Shown: piece after piece, positions 1-9,747 of the stretch
Layout: each line of letters starts with the position of its first letter
How positions within the stretch are numbered: position 1 is the first letter of the stretch
From: a phage
DNA: 64,000 nucleotides
Sequence record: PZ445447.1
Reading direction: 5' to 3' (one strand)
Made by a program: the position numbers and the translations under genes
Notes under the pieces: generated by a model
Database searches by the model: none
What the model was told of the DNA's origin: nothing
Seen by the model: the letters and a program-made list of their open reading frames with translations, nothing else

Positions 1-2
1 AA

Positions 3-341
3 GAGCTTGCAGAAGTTCTGAATAGTGGATATACTTTGCTATCATGCGCCTGCTCAGACACCTACGTTGTGTGGACACTTATCCGGAAGGAAGAGCCTGC
101 AGGGATCTTGGTGCCAAACCCTAAGATTATTAGTGAGGTGGATGACTATTCCCAGGACGGCCTGCCAGAAGGCTGGGAAGTATGGGAAGGTGGTGAAAAC
201 CCTGCACCAGGTAAGTGGGTAAAATATAAACTACGTAGTGGTGCACAGTACGCTGACTACTCTGATGACCTAGACTGGAGTCATTCTTCACCAGGATCGT
301 CTGCAAGTTCATATGATATCGTTGCTTTTCAGGAAGAATAA
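3..341 (+). CDS. hypothetical protein, 5' end outside window
   Basis: Open frame runs from window edge to TAA at 339-341; no recognisable motifs. Confidence 0.4.
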   Translation, partial: ELAEVLNSGYTLLSCACSDTYVVWTLIRKEEPAGILVPNPKIISEVDDYSQDGLPEGWEVWEGGENPAPGKWVKYKLRSGAQYADYSDDLDWSHSSPGSSASSYDIVAFQEE

Positions 342-353
342 GGAGATAGTGTT

Positions 354-836
354 ATGTCAGATTTTATGTGGAAAGTAGGTTACGCAGCTCCTGAAATGTG
401 TGAGGCTTGCTTTGTGAAAATAGGCCGCGAGGATATCGACAAAGTGATCCTTAAGTTTCGTGATGTGGCTGTGATCGGCAACCGAGTGCTTAAGCACTTA
501 AAGAATCTGAAGCTCACCAAAAAGAAATTCTTCGGGCTTTTCGAAGAGAAAGTTGATGCTTGGACCCATTGCATTCAGGAAGCTAAATCTCACTACAGTG
601 CTATCGTTACCCCAGAACGGGTAGCCAAGATGGAAGGACTCATCAACAGCACAGAGTTTGAGTGTCTGAAAGCTGCACTCGATAGTTATCCGAAATGCCT
701 CAAGCACTTGGACAAGTATGTAGAAAAGGATGGGGAAATGTATCTCACCCTGGACGCATATTATGAGATGCAAGAAATTTTAAATTTAGATTTGACATTG
801 GTATCCACCGAGTATACAATAGGTATCCGGGTTTAA
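354..836 (+). CDS. hypothetical protein
   Basis: ATG preceded by GGAG RBS; 160 aa; followed by hairpin terminator. Confidence 0.6.
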   Translation: MSDFMWKVGYAAPEMCEACFVKIGREDIDKVILKFRDVAVIGNRVLKHLKNLKLTKKKFFGLFEEKVDAWTHCIQEAKSHYSAIVTPERVAKMEGLINSTEFECLKAALDSYPKCLKHLDKYVEKDGEMYLTLDAYYEMQEILNLDLTLVSTEYTIGIRV

Positions 837-842
837 CACTAG

Positions 843-869
843 GCCCTGCCCGAAAGGGTGGGGCTTTTT
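843..869 (+). terminator. rho-independent terminator hairpin
   Basis: GCCCTGCCC-GAAA-GGGTGGGGC stem-loop followed by TTTTT; identical copy at 11629-11656. Confidence 0.7.
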
Positions 870-887
870 GCATTAGGAGACAGCAAA

Positions 888-1652
888 TTGAAATTTATCT
901 ACAAAGAACACTACCACAAAGGTGTTGTGTGGAGCCTATTTGACGGATCTGGTGGTGCAGTCATTGACTGGGCAAAAGCTGGATATCTGTGCCTGTGCTT
1001 TAACGCAGAAGGTGCTGACCACGGCAGTTATGCAGAGGTGATCACCGATCATCCAAATATTCACTATGTAGATTATTGGATTGATCCATGGTTCCCTCAG
1101 GAAACTTTCTGCATGTACCCAGCTCCGGACTTTGTTCTTGCATTTCCTCCGTGCACCCACTTAGCGGTGTCAGGTGCTGCACACTTTAAGAAGAAGCTGG
1201 CTAAGGACCCGTTGATCCAGATTAATGCTGTAAAGGATGCTCGGGTTGCAGAAGAGTTGGGAGAGATTTACGATTGCCCGTGGCATGTAGAGAATCCTGT
1301 GGGTGTTATGTCCACACTGTGGCGCAAACCTGATTACCGTTTTCACCCTTCTGACTATGGCGGGTATTTACCGGAGGATGATGTAAACCCCTGGTTTCCT
1401 GAATTTATAGCTCCACGTGATGCCTATCCAAAAATAACTTGCGGCTGGATAGGTAATGGATTTATAATCCCGGCCACAAAACCTGTCCCGCAAATAGTTG
1501 ACGCGGTTAGCGGGTATTCCATGCAACACGCCAAGCTGGGTGGAAAGAGTGCAAGAACGAAGATGATCCGAAGCCTCACACCACGTGGCTGGGCAAAAGC
1601 CGTATTCTTAGCAAACGAGCCTGTAGTAAGGAGCAGAATTAATGGGAAGTAA
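888..1652 (+). CDS. putative DNA (cytosine-5)-methyltransferase-like protein
   Basis: Motifs LFDGSGG (motif I-like), PPCTHLAVSG (PC motif IV-like), VENPVG (ENV motif VI-like); start moved to in-frame TTG after AGGAGA RBS because the ORF-track start lies inside the terminator. Confidence 0.5.
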   Translation: MKFIYKEHYHKGVVWSLFDGSGGAVIDWAKAGYLCLCFNAEGADHGSYAEVITDHPNIHYVDYWIDPWFPQETFCMYPAPDFVLAFPPCTHLAVSGAAHFKKKLAKDPLIQINAVKDARVAEELGEIYDCPWHVENPVGVMSTLWRKPDYRFHPSDYGGYLPEDDVNPWFPEFIAPRDAYPKITCGWIGNGFIIPATKPVPQIVDAVSGYSMQHAKLGGKSARTKMIRSLTPRGWAKAVFLANEPVVRSRINGK

Positions 1653-3720
1653 ATTTATGGCATCTGCATACAACCGTTTCGGTGAGCCAAACCCGAAAGC
1701 AACTAAGTATAAAAGTGGGGGAAGTGTGAAACGAGACTATCGTGATGAAAAAGAGGTTGAAACTGTAGAGACTGTTTTAGAAAATACTAAAATTGTCCCT
1801 GTTCCACAACAAAATATCGGTCTGATGGCTGCACAATATTTTGGTGTGCGATCAGCATTGTCTCAAGAAGACGGTGTGACAGTTACTGCAACATATTTCC
1901 CATATTACGACCGCTACGGAAATCTGTCAGGTTTCAAAAAGCGTGACTGGACGATTCCTAAAGAGCAAAGGGGCCATTTCTCAGTTGTTGGCATAGTAAA
2001 GGCTAACTCTCAGATGTTTGGGCAAAAGCTGTGTGCATCTTCCAACAACCGTAAGCAAATTAACGTTTGTGAGGGGGAAGGTGATGTTATTGCAGCATGG
2101 CAGGCTGCATATCAGATACAAGTAAAAGGGATTCTCACCAACGCTAAAGCCCCGGCAAAGGTGAAGCAGTGGGCTAAAGAGGTCCAGGACGGGATCGATG
2201 CAGTTATCAACGGTGGTGATCTGGCAGGAAAACCCTGCCTACCTTTTGTTGGAATTAACTGTGGATGTGCAAACGCAGTAGATACTTTTGCAAACAATGA
2301 GAAGTTTATCCGTAGCTATGGAACAGTTGTGCTGGCAATGGATAACGATGCAGCTAACGAGGTAGAGAAGCAAAAACACGTCATTAAAGGTGTCGAGGCC
2401 ACGCACAATATCGCAGCATTTTTGATGGCTGATAACGTTTACCACGTAGAATACCCTGGTGAAGTAAACGACCCTGACGGTGTAAAAGATATCCGAGACA
2501 TGCTGAAGGCTAAAAAGCTGGAAGATATTGTCAACATGTTCCGGCATCCTGTTAAATATGTGCCTGATGCTGTGTCGGATTTAGAAGACTTCTCTATCGA
2601 GTCTTTGCGGAAAAAGACTTCCAACGGGGTAGATATCAGCGCAGAGTTCCCAAAACTGCAAAAAATGCTAAAAGGCTTGCACAAAGGTACACTCGTAATG
2701 CTTACAGGCCCATCAGGTGGCGGTAAAACAACCGTAGCTAAAAAACTGGAACACTGTATTGCAAGATACCTAATGGACCCGACATGCCCGAAGGCTGATG
2801 ACTATGAAGAGGATGATCGTCTATGTATGATCCATCTTGAGGAGGACCCAGAGGAAGCAATTAACTCCTTGTATGCAAACCAGTTAGGGTTTGATGTTAA
2901 AGAGTTTGTTGAAGATCCTAGCCAGTTTTTAACTGATCAAGAACACGCAGAGATTCATCAGTCATGGGCAAAAGCTGGAAAAATCAAAGTGTTCAAACAT
3001 TTCGGGTCTATTCCGGTGGATGAGTTGATTACCAAGCTTAAGCAAATGGTTTGCCTGTACCATTGCCGTTATATTGTGCTGGATCACCTGTCCATGGTAA
3101 TTTCAGGGCTTAATGTTAAGGATGAGCGAAAAGAACTGGACATGGCTATGACCCAACTGGCTGCGTTTTGTAAGCAGTTTAATGTGTTTATCTTGGTGAT
3201 CGCTCACCTCAAACGTACAGAGATTGTGCCTCCTAAGGACAAGGATGGTAACCCGTTACCTTTCTGGTATCCTGTGCGAAAAGAGAATTTGCGAGGATCG
3301 GCTGGGCTTGAACAGTTGAGTTGGGTAGTTATAGGTGTCGAGGCCGAAGAAATGGTGGATCGTTCTCGTGGGCGTGTCCGTCTGGTAGGTCTTAAAAACC
3401 GTCCAGCAAAAACTTTAGGTATTGCTGACACTTTAGTTATGGACCCGCACACAGGTAAGTTCCATGATGCCAGTAACTGGTACTGGGACAAAGAAATGCA
3501 AATGTTTACAGACGGAGAAGGTGGGGAGGTTGTTTGGAGACCTCAGGCTATGTTTGAGGATCAGGAGCATGCAGTTGTAGAAACACCTATGGGCAAGGTT
3601 GTGGCTGATAAGGTTGTAACTCCTACTGTTAAGCCTGTTGACACGCAGGAAGACCTCCAGTACGATGATCCGTCCTCTGACCATGTTCCTGGTTTTGAGG
3701 ATGATGAAACACCTTTTTAA
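1642..3720 (+). CDS. DNA primase-helicase (TOPRIM primase domain plus DnaB/T7 gp4-like helicase)
   Basis: TOPRIM motifs CEGEGD and VLAMDNDAAN; Walker A GPSGGGKTT; Walker B-like IVLDHLS; 692 aa. Confidence 0.8.
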   Translation: MGSKFMASAYNRFGEPNPKATKYKSGGSVKRDYRDEKEVETVETVLENTKIVPVPQQNIGLMAAQYFGVRSALSQEDGVTVTATYFPYYDRYGNLSGFKKRDWTIPKEQRGHFSVVGIVKANSQMFGQKLCASSNNRKQINVCEGEGDVIAAWQAAYQIQVKGILTNAKAPAKVKQWAKEVQDGIDAVINGGDLAGKPCLPFVGINCGCANAVDTFANNEKFIRSYGTVVLAMDNDAANEVEKQKHVIKGVEATHNIAAFLMADNVYHVEYPGEVNDPDGVKDIRDMLKAKKLEDIVNMFRHPVKYVPDAVSDLEDFSIESLRKKTSNGVDISAEFPKLQKMLKGLHKGTLVMLTGPSGGGKTTVAKKLEHCIARYLMDPTCPKADDYEEDDRLCMIHLEEDPEEAINSLYANQLGFDVKEFVEDPSQFLTDQEHAEIHQSWAKAGKIKVFKHFGSIPVDELITKLKQMVCLYHCRYIVLDHLSMVISGLNVKDERKELDMAMTQLAAFCKQFNVFILVIAHLKRTEIVPPKDKDGNPLPFWYPVRKENLRGSAGLEQLSWVVIGVEAEEMVDRSRGRVRLVGLKNRPAKTLGIADTLVMDPHTGKFHDASNWYWDKEMQMFTDGEGGEVVWRPQAMFEDQEHAVVETPMGKVVADKVVTPTVKPVDTQEDLQYDDPSSDHVPGFEDDETPF

Positions 3721-3735
3721 TGTTTAACAAAGAGT

Positions 3736-3764
3736 GGGAGGGGTAGTACAACCGCCTCCCCTTT
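3736..3764 (+). terminator. putative terminator hairpin
   Basis: GGGAGG...CCTCCC stem followed by CTTT, between primase-helicase and polymerase. Confidence 0.45.
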
Positions 3765-3778
3765 AAGGAGAACTGTAT

Positions 3779-6556
3779 ATGAGCATGTGGTCGTTCGATT
3801 TTGAGTCATCCGGTTTGCTGGAAGACCCAGATCTTTATTATCACTGCGGCCTGTTTAAAGAGCTGAATAAGAACCGTTTTATGCTGTTCCTTCCTCTGAA
3901 TGACCGCACACACTACTCCGAGGAGGATATAGAGAAGGCCAAGAACTTTATTCTGGCAAAGAAAACTCTTTATAAGGATTTTGAAGTTCGCATAGCAGAT
4001 TTTTCGGAGTTGGAAGGTTGGCTTACAGGAAATTCTGACTGGTCACCAACAGCTTTGAACTGCCATAACTGCTACAGTTATGACTTTATGCTGATGGAGA
4101 GATTATCCGGTATTCATTTTGATATGTTCCGTGATCCTAAATGCATGGGGACTATCAACGACCACCAGGTTAACCTGTTTGATACGTTGGCGATGAGCAG
4201 AATCTTGTGGCCTGATCGCCCTTTACCAAAAGGTTGTCCGGACTCTGTATTCAACCCGGTTACTAAGAAAATGCAGCCTGTTGGTCCTCACGGCCTTATG
4301 GCATGGGGCTACGCCCTTGGTAACCAGAAAGTTCAAATTGATGACTGGCGCGATCTTCCGTTGTGGAAGTATGTGGATCGTGTATTCGAGGACGTTATCA
4401 TCCAGGAGCTGCTCTGGAAAGAGCTGGTAGCGGAATCAAAAGGTGTATTCTACGGCAAATCTGACATGCAGAACTTTATGTACGATCCAGCCAAAGAGAA
4501 GCCGAAAGGGTTCAAGAAAATCACCTGGAAGAACGCATTACGCCGAGGCATGCTGCAGCACTTCCTGATGGAGCTGCAGGCCCGTCAGGGTGTGTATTTC
4601 GACATAGATGGGGCTATTGCTTTACGTGACCGTTGCGATGCGTGGATGAAAGAGATCGCTGATCGTGTTGAACCTCAACTTCCTTTAAAAGAGTTGTCAA
4701 TGTCTCAGCGACCCAAGTTCCCTGAAAAGCCGTTTAACCAAGATGGGACAATCTCCAATAATGGTTGGAAATGGTTAAAAGATAAGCTTGGCTATCCTGT
4801 AGACATGAGCGCTTTAGAATTCAAAGCCCCGCCTAAGCGAGCATTTACCTCCACAGGAGATGTCAGCAAGATGGGGATAAAATGGTGCGAAGAGATGGGC
4901 TGCAAAGACCCCGACAAGATGGCTGATTTCTTGAGAGGTTATATTAAGGGCACCTCCACACCACAACCTTTACCTAAAGAGCTGATGGATCAGGCAATAA
5001 GTGATCTGCAGCAGAAGCGAATGCCTGACTGCAAGATACCTATGAAAATCAGCAATCAGGACGACATTAAGCGATACCTGATCAGTGCTGGTTGGCTTCC
5101 GACAATGTGGAGAACTAAGGATGTAACTAAGGACAGCAAGAAGAAAGCTCTACCTGATGCAGATGTTGATGCACGAGTATATGCATACATGGACGAGCTT
5201 TTAGAGTCAGAGTATTGTGACCTAATTATCAACTTCTGGAACAAAACTGATGCTAAGTTTCAGACAACAGTGCACAAGTTCCGAAGCTTTCCTAACTCCG
5301 AAAGGATTAAAAAGGAAGTGTTCGGGAAAATACGCAGAAAAGCCAGGGCACTTATTACTTCTCCGCAACTGAAAGATACGTTTGGACACCTATGTCCGAA
5401 TCTTGAAAAATTGAACGGAGAGATGGCTAAAGATATCGTCTTGTGGTTATCATTGCGAAACCGCAGATCGGTCCTTGATCCAATCAAGGAGGATAAGGTT
5501 GATACTGGTCTTCTTAATCACCCACGTTTGAAGATTGACCATAAGCTTCCTGCTAAAAGCTCTGGATTAACAAACACTTCCCGACAGAAACACAGTATTT
5601 GTGCAAACATGCCTAAACCATCTCCTAAAGTGGTTATGGGTAAAGAGATGCGTAGCTTGTGGGGTGTTCCTCCTGGATATTTTGAGATCGGTATTGACGG
5701 GTCCAACTTAGAGCAGCTTATCGGGGCTTGGGGTGCCTTTGAGTTCGACAACGGCTTGTACTATGATGTTGTAAGTAACGGAGACGCACACCAAAACAAT
5801 GCTGAGGCATATACAAAAGTAGCAGGCAGAGAGGTGTCTCGTAACGACGGTAAACCTATCACGTATGGGGTTATGTACGGGGCACAAAAAGATAAAGTTG
5901 CAGATATGCTGGATATCTCCCCAGAGTTGGGGCAAAGGGTGATCGATGCACTTTGGGATGCCAACCCCGGTCTTAAGGGGCGCAAAGAGGATCTGGAGAA
6001 ATTCTGGGAAGCAACAGGTAAGAAGTTTATCTACTCTTTTGATGGTCATGCTATCTGGACCCGATCTAAACACTCTTTACTTAATGCATACCAACAAAAT
6101 GGTGGTGCATCGCTGTGTGACTTAGTTGGGATACTCATGCACCACCAAATGGTGAAGCGTGGGTGGTACGATGAAGGTGTCCGTCGTATTATTTATTACC
6201 ATGATGAGTACCAACTTCAGGTCCCTGACACACCTAAGTATAAGACTGTGTACACCTTCGACACAATTGAAGAATTGGAAGCATTTAAGGCAGAGCAGGA
6301 GGCCAAACTTCATGTGTTCGACGGTCATAAGTACAAAAAGGCACGCAAGGATGAAAACGGAAACGAAGTGGTTGACAGAGACGGAAACACGGTGTACGAT
6401 CCTATCCTGAACGATGACGGAAAGCTTGAACTTATCTGGAGCCCTGTGGGTGAAATGGTGGTGCATTGCTTCTGGCAAGCTTCTAAAATGATGGGCGTTC
6501 CATTCCAGATCACAGGTGAATACTTGTGCGGTCGTAACTGGGGTGATTGTCACTAA
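3779..6556 (+). CDS. DNA polymerase, family A (Pol I/T7-like) with 3'-5' exonuclease domain
   Basis: Exo I FDFES; motif A DGSNLEQL; motif B RNDGKPITYGVMYG; motif C YYHDEYQ; AAGGAGA RBS; 925 aa. Confidence 0.9.
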   Translation: MSMWSFDFESSGLLEDPDLYYHCGLFKELNKNRFMLFLPLNDRTHYSEEDIEKAKNFILAKKTLYKDFEVRIADFSELEGWLTGNSDWSPTALNCHNCYSYDFMLMERLSGIHFDMFRDPKCMGTINDHQVNLFDTLAMSRILWPDRPLPKGCPDSVFNPVTKKMQPVGPHGLMAWGYALGNQKVQIDDWRDLPLWKYVDRVFEDVIIQELLWKELVAESKGVFYGKSDMQNFMYDPAKEKPKGFKKITWKNALRRGMLQHFLMELQARQGVYFDIDGAIALRDRCDAWMKEIADRVEPQLPLKELSMSQRPKFPEKPFNQDGTISNNGWKWLKDKLGYPVDMSALEFKAPPKRAFTSTGDVSKMGIKWCEEMGCKDPDKMADFLRGYIKGTSTPQPLPKELMDQAISDLQQKRMPDCKIPMKISNQDDIKRYLISAGWLPTMWRTKDVTKDSKKKALPDADVDARVYAYMDELLESEYCDLIINFWNKTDAKFQTTVHKFRSFPNSERIKKEVFGKIRRKARALITSPQLKDTFGHLCPNLEKLNGEMAKDIVLWLSLRNRRSVLDPIKEDKVDTGLLNHPRLKIDHKLPAKSSGLTNTSRQKHSICANMPKPSPKVVMGKEMRSLWGVPPGYFEIGIDGSNLEQLIGAWGAFEFDNGLYYDVVSNGDAHQNNAEAYTKVAGREVSRNDGKPITYGVMYGAQKDKVADMLDISPELGQRVIDALWDANPGLKGRKEDLEKFWEATGKKFIYSFDGHAIWTRSKHSLLNAYQQNGGASLCDLVGILMHHQMVKRGWYDEGVRRIIYYHDEYQLQVPDTPKYKTVYTFDTIEELEAFKAEQEAKLHVFDGHKYKKARKDENGNEVVDRDGNTVYDPILNDDGKLELIWSPVGEMVVHCFWQASKMMGVPFQITGEYLCGRNWGDCH

Positions 6557-6605
6557 TGTAAACTATCAGCACAGGGAGGTGCTGTTGAGCAAAGAGGAGA
6601 CTTTT

Positions 6606-6890
6606 ATGGTAGTAGAGCCAACAAAAACATTTACATCCATGACCATTCCTGTTATTATGCAGGTGGAGTGTGTTCAGGTATCTCAAGTGTGGCCTGGCAC
6701 CAAAATCCCAACAGGGCCTGATTTCTTTCAGGTTGGGAAAGTGTACAATGTCTGGAAGGCACCAGATTGTTACCCTTTCATTAAAGATGACCGTGGGATG
6801 CTGTGGTATCTTGGAAATGACTTGACACTGCACCTTGGGAATGCTATTATTGCAGTATTCAGACTTAACAAGAAGGAGACCGATCAATGA
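6606..6890 (+). CDS. hypothetical protein
   Basis: ATG after AAAGAGGAG RBS, in frame within ORF 6516-6890. Confidence 0.6.
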   Translation: MVVEPTKTFTSMTIPVIMQVECVQVSQVWPGTKIPTGPDFFQVGKVYNVWKAPDCYPFIKDDRGMLWYLGNDLTLHLGNAIIAVFRLNKKETDQ

Positions 6891-7114
6891 CGACTTTGGT
6901 TAAAGCTACCTTTGTAGAAGAAAAGATGACAGACCTGTCATTCTTTAAAGAAGGAAAGACCTACGAGGTTTATTACGATAAAGCTCGTGCAAACAAAATG
7001 ATTAAAGACGAGGAAGGGGTTGCCTGGTATATCTCTCACCTGGCAAACGGTGAGTATCATATCTACGGAACCACTTTGCTTGCCAAGTTTGTAGTTGTTG
7101 AAGAGGACCTATGA
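6887..7114 (+). CDS. hypothetical protein
   Basis: ATGA stop/start overlap with upstream gene; AGGAGA RBS. Confidence 0.6.
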   Translation: MTTLVKATFVEEKMTDLSFFKEGKTYEVYYDKARANKMIKDEEGVAWYISHLANGEYHIYGTTLLAKFVVVEEDL

Positions 7115-7305
7115 AAGTAAAGTATCTTGCTGAAGGTATGAATAGGTATTTTACCCTTGGTGAAGAATATTGGCCCTTTACAAACAACGGTGATGTCTAC
7201 GTGAAAGATAATTTCGGCACGCCGTGGTTTCTGCACTCTAATGGGCTGGGATACTCCATTTACTGCGGTGCAGTGAACAACACAACTCTTGCAGAGTTCG
7301 TTTAG
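7111..7305 (+). CDS. hypothetical protein
   Basis: ATGA overlap, translational coupling. Confidence 0.55.
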   Translation: MKVKYLAEGMNRYFTLGEEYWPFTNNGDVYVKDNFGTPWFLHSNGLGYSIYCGAVNNTTLAEFV

Positions 7306-7315
7306 AGGAGGTAGG

Positions 7316-7687
7316 ATGTTAGTAAAAGGTACCCATACAGTCAAACAACGTATTGAAGTTGAGATTGATGATTGTGAGCTGAAGCATATTTTACGGTCAT
7401 GCTCCAACGTTTTGCTCCTTAGTATTCTCCAGGAGCGAGCGGAGAACGAGTTCTTAAATGCACTGGCAGGCCGCCCTGGTGATTTCTGTGTGCGTAAGCG
7501 TGGTGACAACAAGTCATGGCTGTGGGAGATAGACGCAGAATGGGATTACCATAAAAATGAGGGTATAGATGAACCTATTCGTGAATTGACGGACAACGAG
7601 GTTCAGATGTACAATGAAGTTTGTCAGTGGGCAAAAAGTCAACAAACTTATCTTGATCCTTGGTGGATGATCGAAAATAGTCGTTGA
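7316..7687 (+). CDS. hypothetical protein
   Basis: ATG after GAGGAGG RBS; in frame with ORF 7289-7687. Confidence 0.6.
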   Translation: MLVKGTHTVKQRIEVEIDDCELKHILRSCSNVLLLSILQERAENEFLNALAGRPGDFCVRKRGDNKSWLWEIDAEWDYHKNEGIDEPIRELTDNEVQMYNEVCQWAKSQQTYLDPWWMIENSR

Positions 7688-7763
7688 CAGGAAGTAAGAT
7701 TAGATATAAGATGCTTCACACAAACAGAGCGTTGATTGTTTAACACTTAAGGAGACCGCTAAG

Positions 7764-8018
7764 ATGAAAATTACTCTGAAGCCAGAATGCGTTGAAAATG
7801 ACCGAGCTTTTAAAGATTGCACAATCGGTGCAATTTATGAAGCAGAGTTTTGTGAGAACCCTTTGGTAAAAGCCCTTCTGGAAGAAGGAGCTCCTCTATC
7901 ACAGGAAGAGCTTGATGAGTTGGAAAACTCAGCACAGTGCCTTACCTTTAAAGATGATGAAGGAGACTCTGTCTGGTGCACTGTTAATGAAGTAGTTTTT
8001 GTAAAACCTGAACATTAA
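7764..8018 (+). CDS. hypothetical protein, paralog of 8082-8354
   Basis: AAGGAGA RBS; shares AF(K/R)DCT and KDD(E/Q)GD..(W/C)CT motifs with the next gene. Confidence 0.65.
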   Translation: MKITLKPECVENDRAFKDCTIGAIYEAEFCENPLVKALLEEGAPLSQEELDELENSAQCLTFKDDEGDSVWCTVNEVVFVKPEH

Positions 8019-8021
8019 TGC

Positions 8022-8050
8022 TTGACAACAGTCATAGGGCCTACTATAAT
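8022..8050 (+). promoter_or_regulatory. sigma70-type promoter
   Basis: TTGACA, 17 nt spacer, TATAAT; spacer and -10 lie within an inverted repeat ATAGGGCC...GGCCCTAT. Confidence 0.7.
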
Positions 8051-8081
8051 GGCCCTATCAAAACGGAAGGGGACCACAGCA

Positions 8082-8354
8082 ATGACCAAACAATATCAAC
8101 GAATTAAAGCCAAGGTTAAGCCAGACTATCTGGAGAAGGACTCTGCTTTTCGGGACTGCACAGCTGACAAAGTTTACACAGGGGCCGTCCTGTTGAACGA
8201 TGAACTTGAAGTAGATATTCTGGGTAAAGAGGCCACTATTAAGGACGACCAAGGCGATTATGTTTGCTGCACCACACGTGAGCTAGAAATCTTAGAATAC
8301 TTCGGTGAAATCTTCACCTCTCTTGATGATTACTTAGATGATGAGGAAGCGTGA
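8082..8354 (+). CDS. hypothetical protein, paralog of 7764-8018
   Basis: ATG downstream of promoter at 8022; in frame with ORF 8022-8354. Confidence 0.6.
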   Translation: MTKQYQRIKAKVKPDYLEKDSAFRDCTADKVYTGAVLLNDELEVDILGKEATIKDDQGDYVCCTTRELEILEYFGEIFTSLDDYLDDEEA

Positions 8355-8743
8355 TGAAAAATATTTGGGATATCGATATCTTTGAAGCCTCTAAGCTTGA
8401 TGGTGCTGATGGAGTGATTATGGTGTCTGATGGCAAGGCAACACTAACTTCTGGGGATATCATCTATGCCTTGGACGAGCTGGCGCTTCTGAAATCTACC
8501 GGTAACACTTTAGAGGAGCGTCTTCAAGGCTTCGCCTTCAAAGAAGGCACAAATACCGCCATGATGTGCACCACACGGACAGTTCAAGTTGGTAACGGTG
8601 TCTATATGATCATTGCTGTGTGTCCTAAATTCAGCAACGTCAACAAAGATGATGCTGACGCTGTCAACGATGTGGTTGTTCTCTTCGTGGGTGACGCTAT
8701 GGCAGATCTGATGAATGCAGGAGAAGCAGCAAATGAAGACTGA
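8354..8743 (+). CDS. hypothetical protein
   Basis: ATG after GAGGAAG RBS; 129 aa. Confidence 0.6.
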   Translation: MKNIWDIDIFEASKLDGADGVIMVSDGKATLTSGDIIYALDELALLKSTGNTLEERLQGFAFKEGTNTAMMCTTRTVQVGNGVYMIIAVCPKFSNVNKDDADAVNDVVVLFVGDAMADLMNAGEAANED

Positions 8744-9035
8744 AAACATCACCCCCGCAGGGTTCTTAAAAGTATACCGTGAACTGCTATATACTACAGA
8801 GGACAGTGTTCTAGAGTATCCAGAATATCTTTTGCTGTATAAGTATCTGCAGGAGGCTGGTGAAAATCTGCCAGTTAGTGCAGAAGGTGGTCCGAACTGG
8901 ATATACAGCGCATGGAGAAAGGTTGACATTCTCCCCGACCCAGGTAAAGATATGGTAGTTTGGCAGCTTATTAACAACATCGGGATTCCAATCTTTGATG
9001 AAGCTGTTAAAATCTATTTTGAACTTGACGATTAA
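8733..9035 (+). CDS. hypothetical protein
   Basis: ATG after GGAGAA RBS, overlaps upstream stop. Confidence 0.55.
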   Translation: MKTENITPAGFLKVYRELLYTTEDSVLEYPEYLLLYKYLQEAGENLPVSAEGGPNWIYSAWRKVDILPDPGKDMVVWQLINNIGIPIFDEAVKIYFELDD

Positions 9036-9052
9036 TATCAGGAGACCTTAAG

Positions 9053-9298
9053 ATGACTGAAGTAGTTGCTCGCGCAGGACAGAAAGTACGTTGTGTTGAA
9101 GTAGGTTTTGGTGGCAAAGGGTGTCAAAACTTGACTCAAGGTAAGGAATACGCTGTTATTTCTGGTGGTGGCGACGAAAGTATTGTGTTCGAGGGCCACA
9201 TCCTGGATGCTGAAAACTTTGAAATCTTTGACGACGATGGGGATCCGATCACCTGCCTGCTGGACGGGAATTGGGGAACTTTCGAAGTGATTGGCTAA
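9053..9298 (+). CDS. hypothetical protein
   Basis: CAGGAGA RBS; 81 aa. Confidence 0.6.
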   Translation: MTEVVARAGQKVRCVEVGFGGKGCQNLTQGKEYAVISGGGDESIVFEGHILDAENFEIFDDDGDPITCLLDGNWGTFEVIG

Positions 9299-9381
9299 CA
9301 AATACCTATTGTAATTTACAGAAGGGGATGCTAAAATAGTGTCTCCTTCTATGTTGTTCAAATAAAATCGGAGATTCCATA

Positions 9382-9747
9382 ATGGAACAAATGAACGATC
9401 AAGCGTCGGTTGCGATGAACGAGCAAGAACAACCTCAAGAATTTTTCTTAGGGTTAAGTAAAGATCAAGTGTCTCTTTTGCTAGTGCTTTCTTCTTTCAT
9501 GGGAAGACTTCAGGAGCTCACACAACAACCGGAGGCTGAACAATTATTTCAGGCTCTGCGTGAAGAAGAAAAATATCGTCGTTTGGACTATGCCTTAGGT
9601 TGGGTAGCTCAACAACGAGATATGCTGATGGCCCTCTCTGGGACCACAAGTTTTGCAATGGGCCTGTTGGCTCAAGTTCAGGACAAATTAATTCAAGCAG
9701 GGTTTGCACACACGGCAAACACTAACGAAGAACAAGGAGACAAATAA
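9382..9747 (+). CDS. hypothetical protein
   Basis: GGAGA RBS; 121 aa. Confidence 0.6.
   Translation: MEQMNDQASVAMNEQEQPQEFFLGLSKDQVSLLLVLSSFMGRLQELTQQPEAEQLFQALREEEKYRRLDYALGWVAQQRDMLMALSGTTSFAMGLLAQVQDKLIQAGFAHTANTNEEQGDK

Noticed and set aside
858-887. ORF-track start codon for the methyltransferase-like gene
   Set aside because: The proposed start lies inside the terminator hairpin stem; an in-frame TTG at 888 after an AGGAGA RBS is more plausible.
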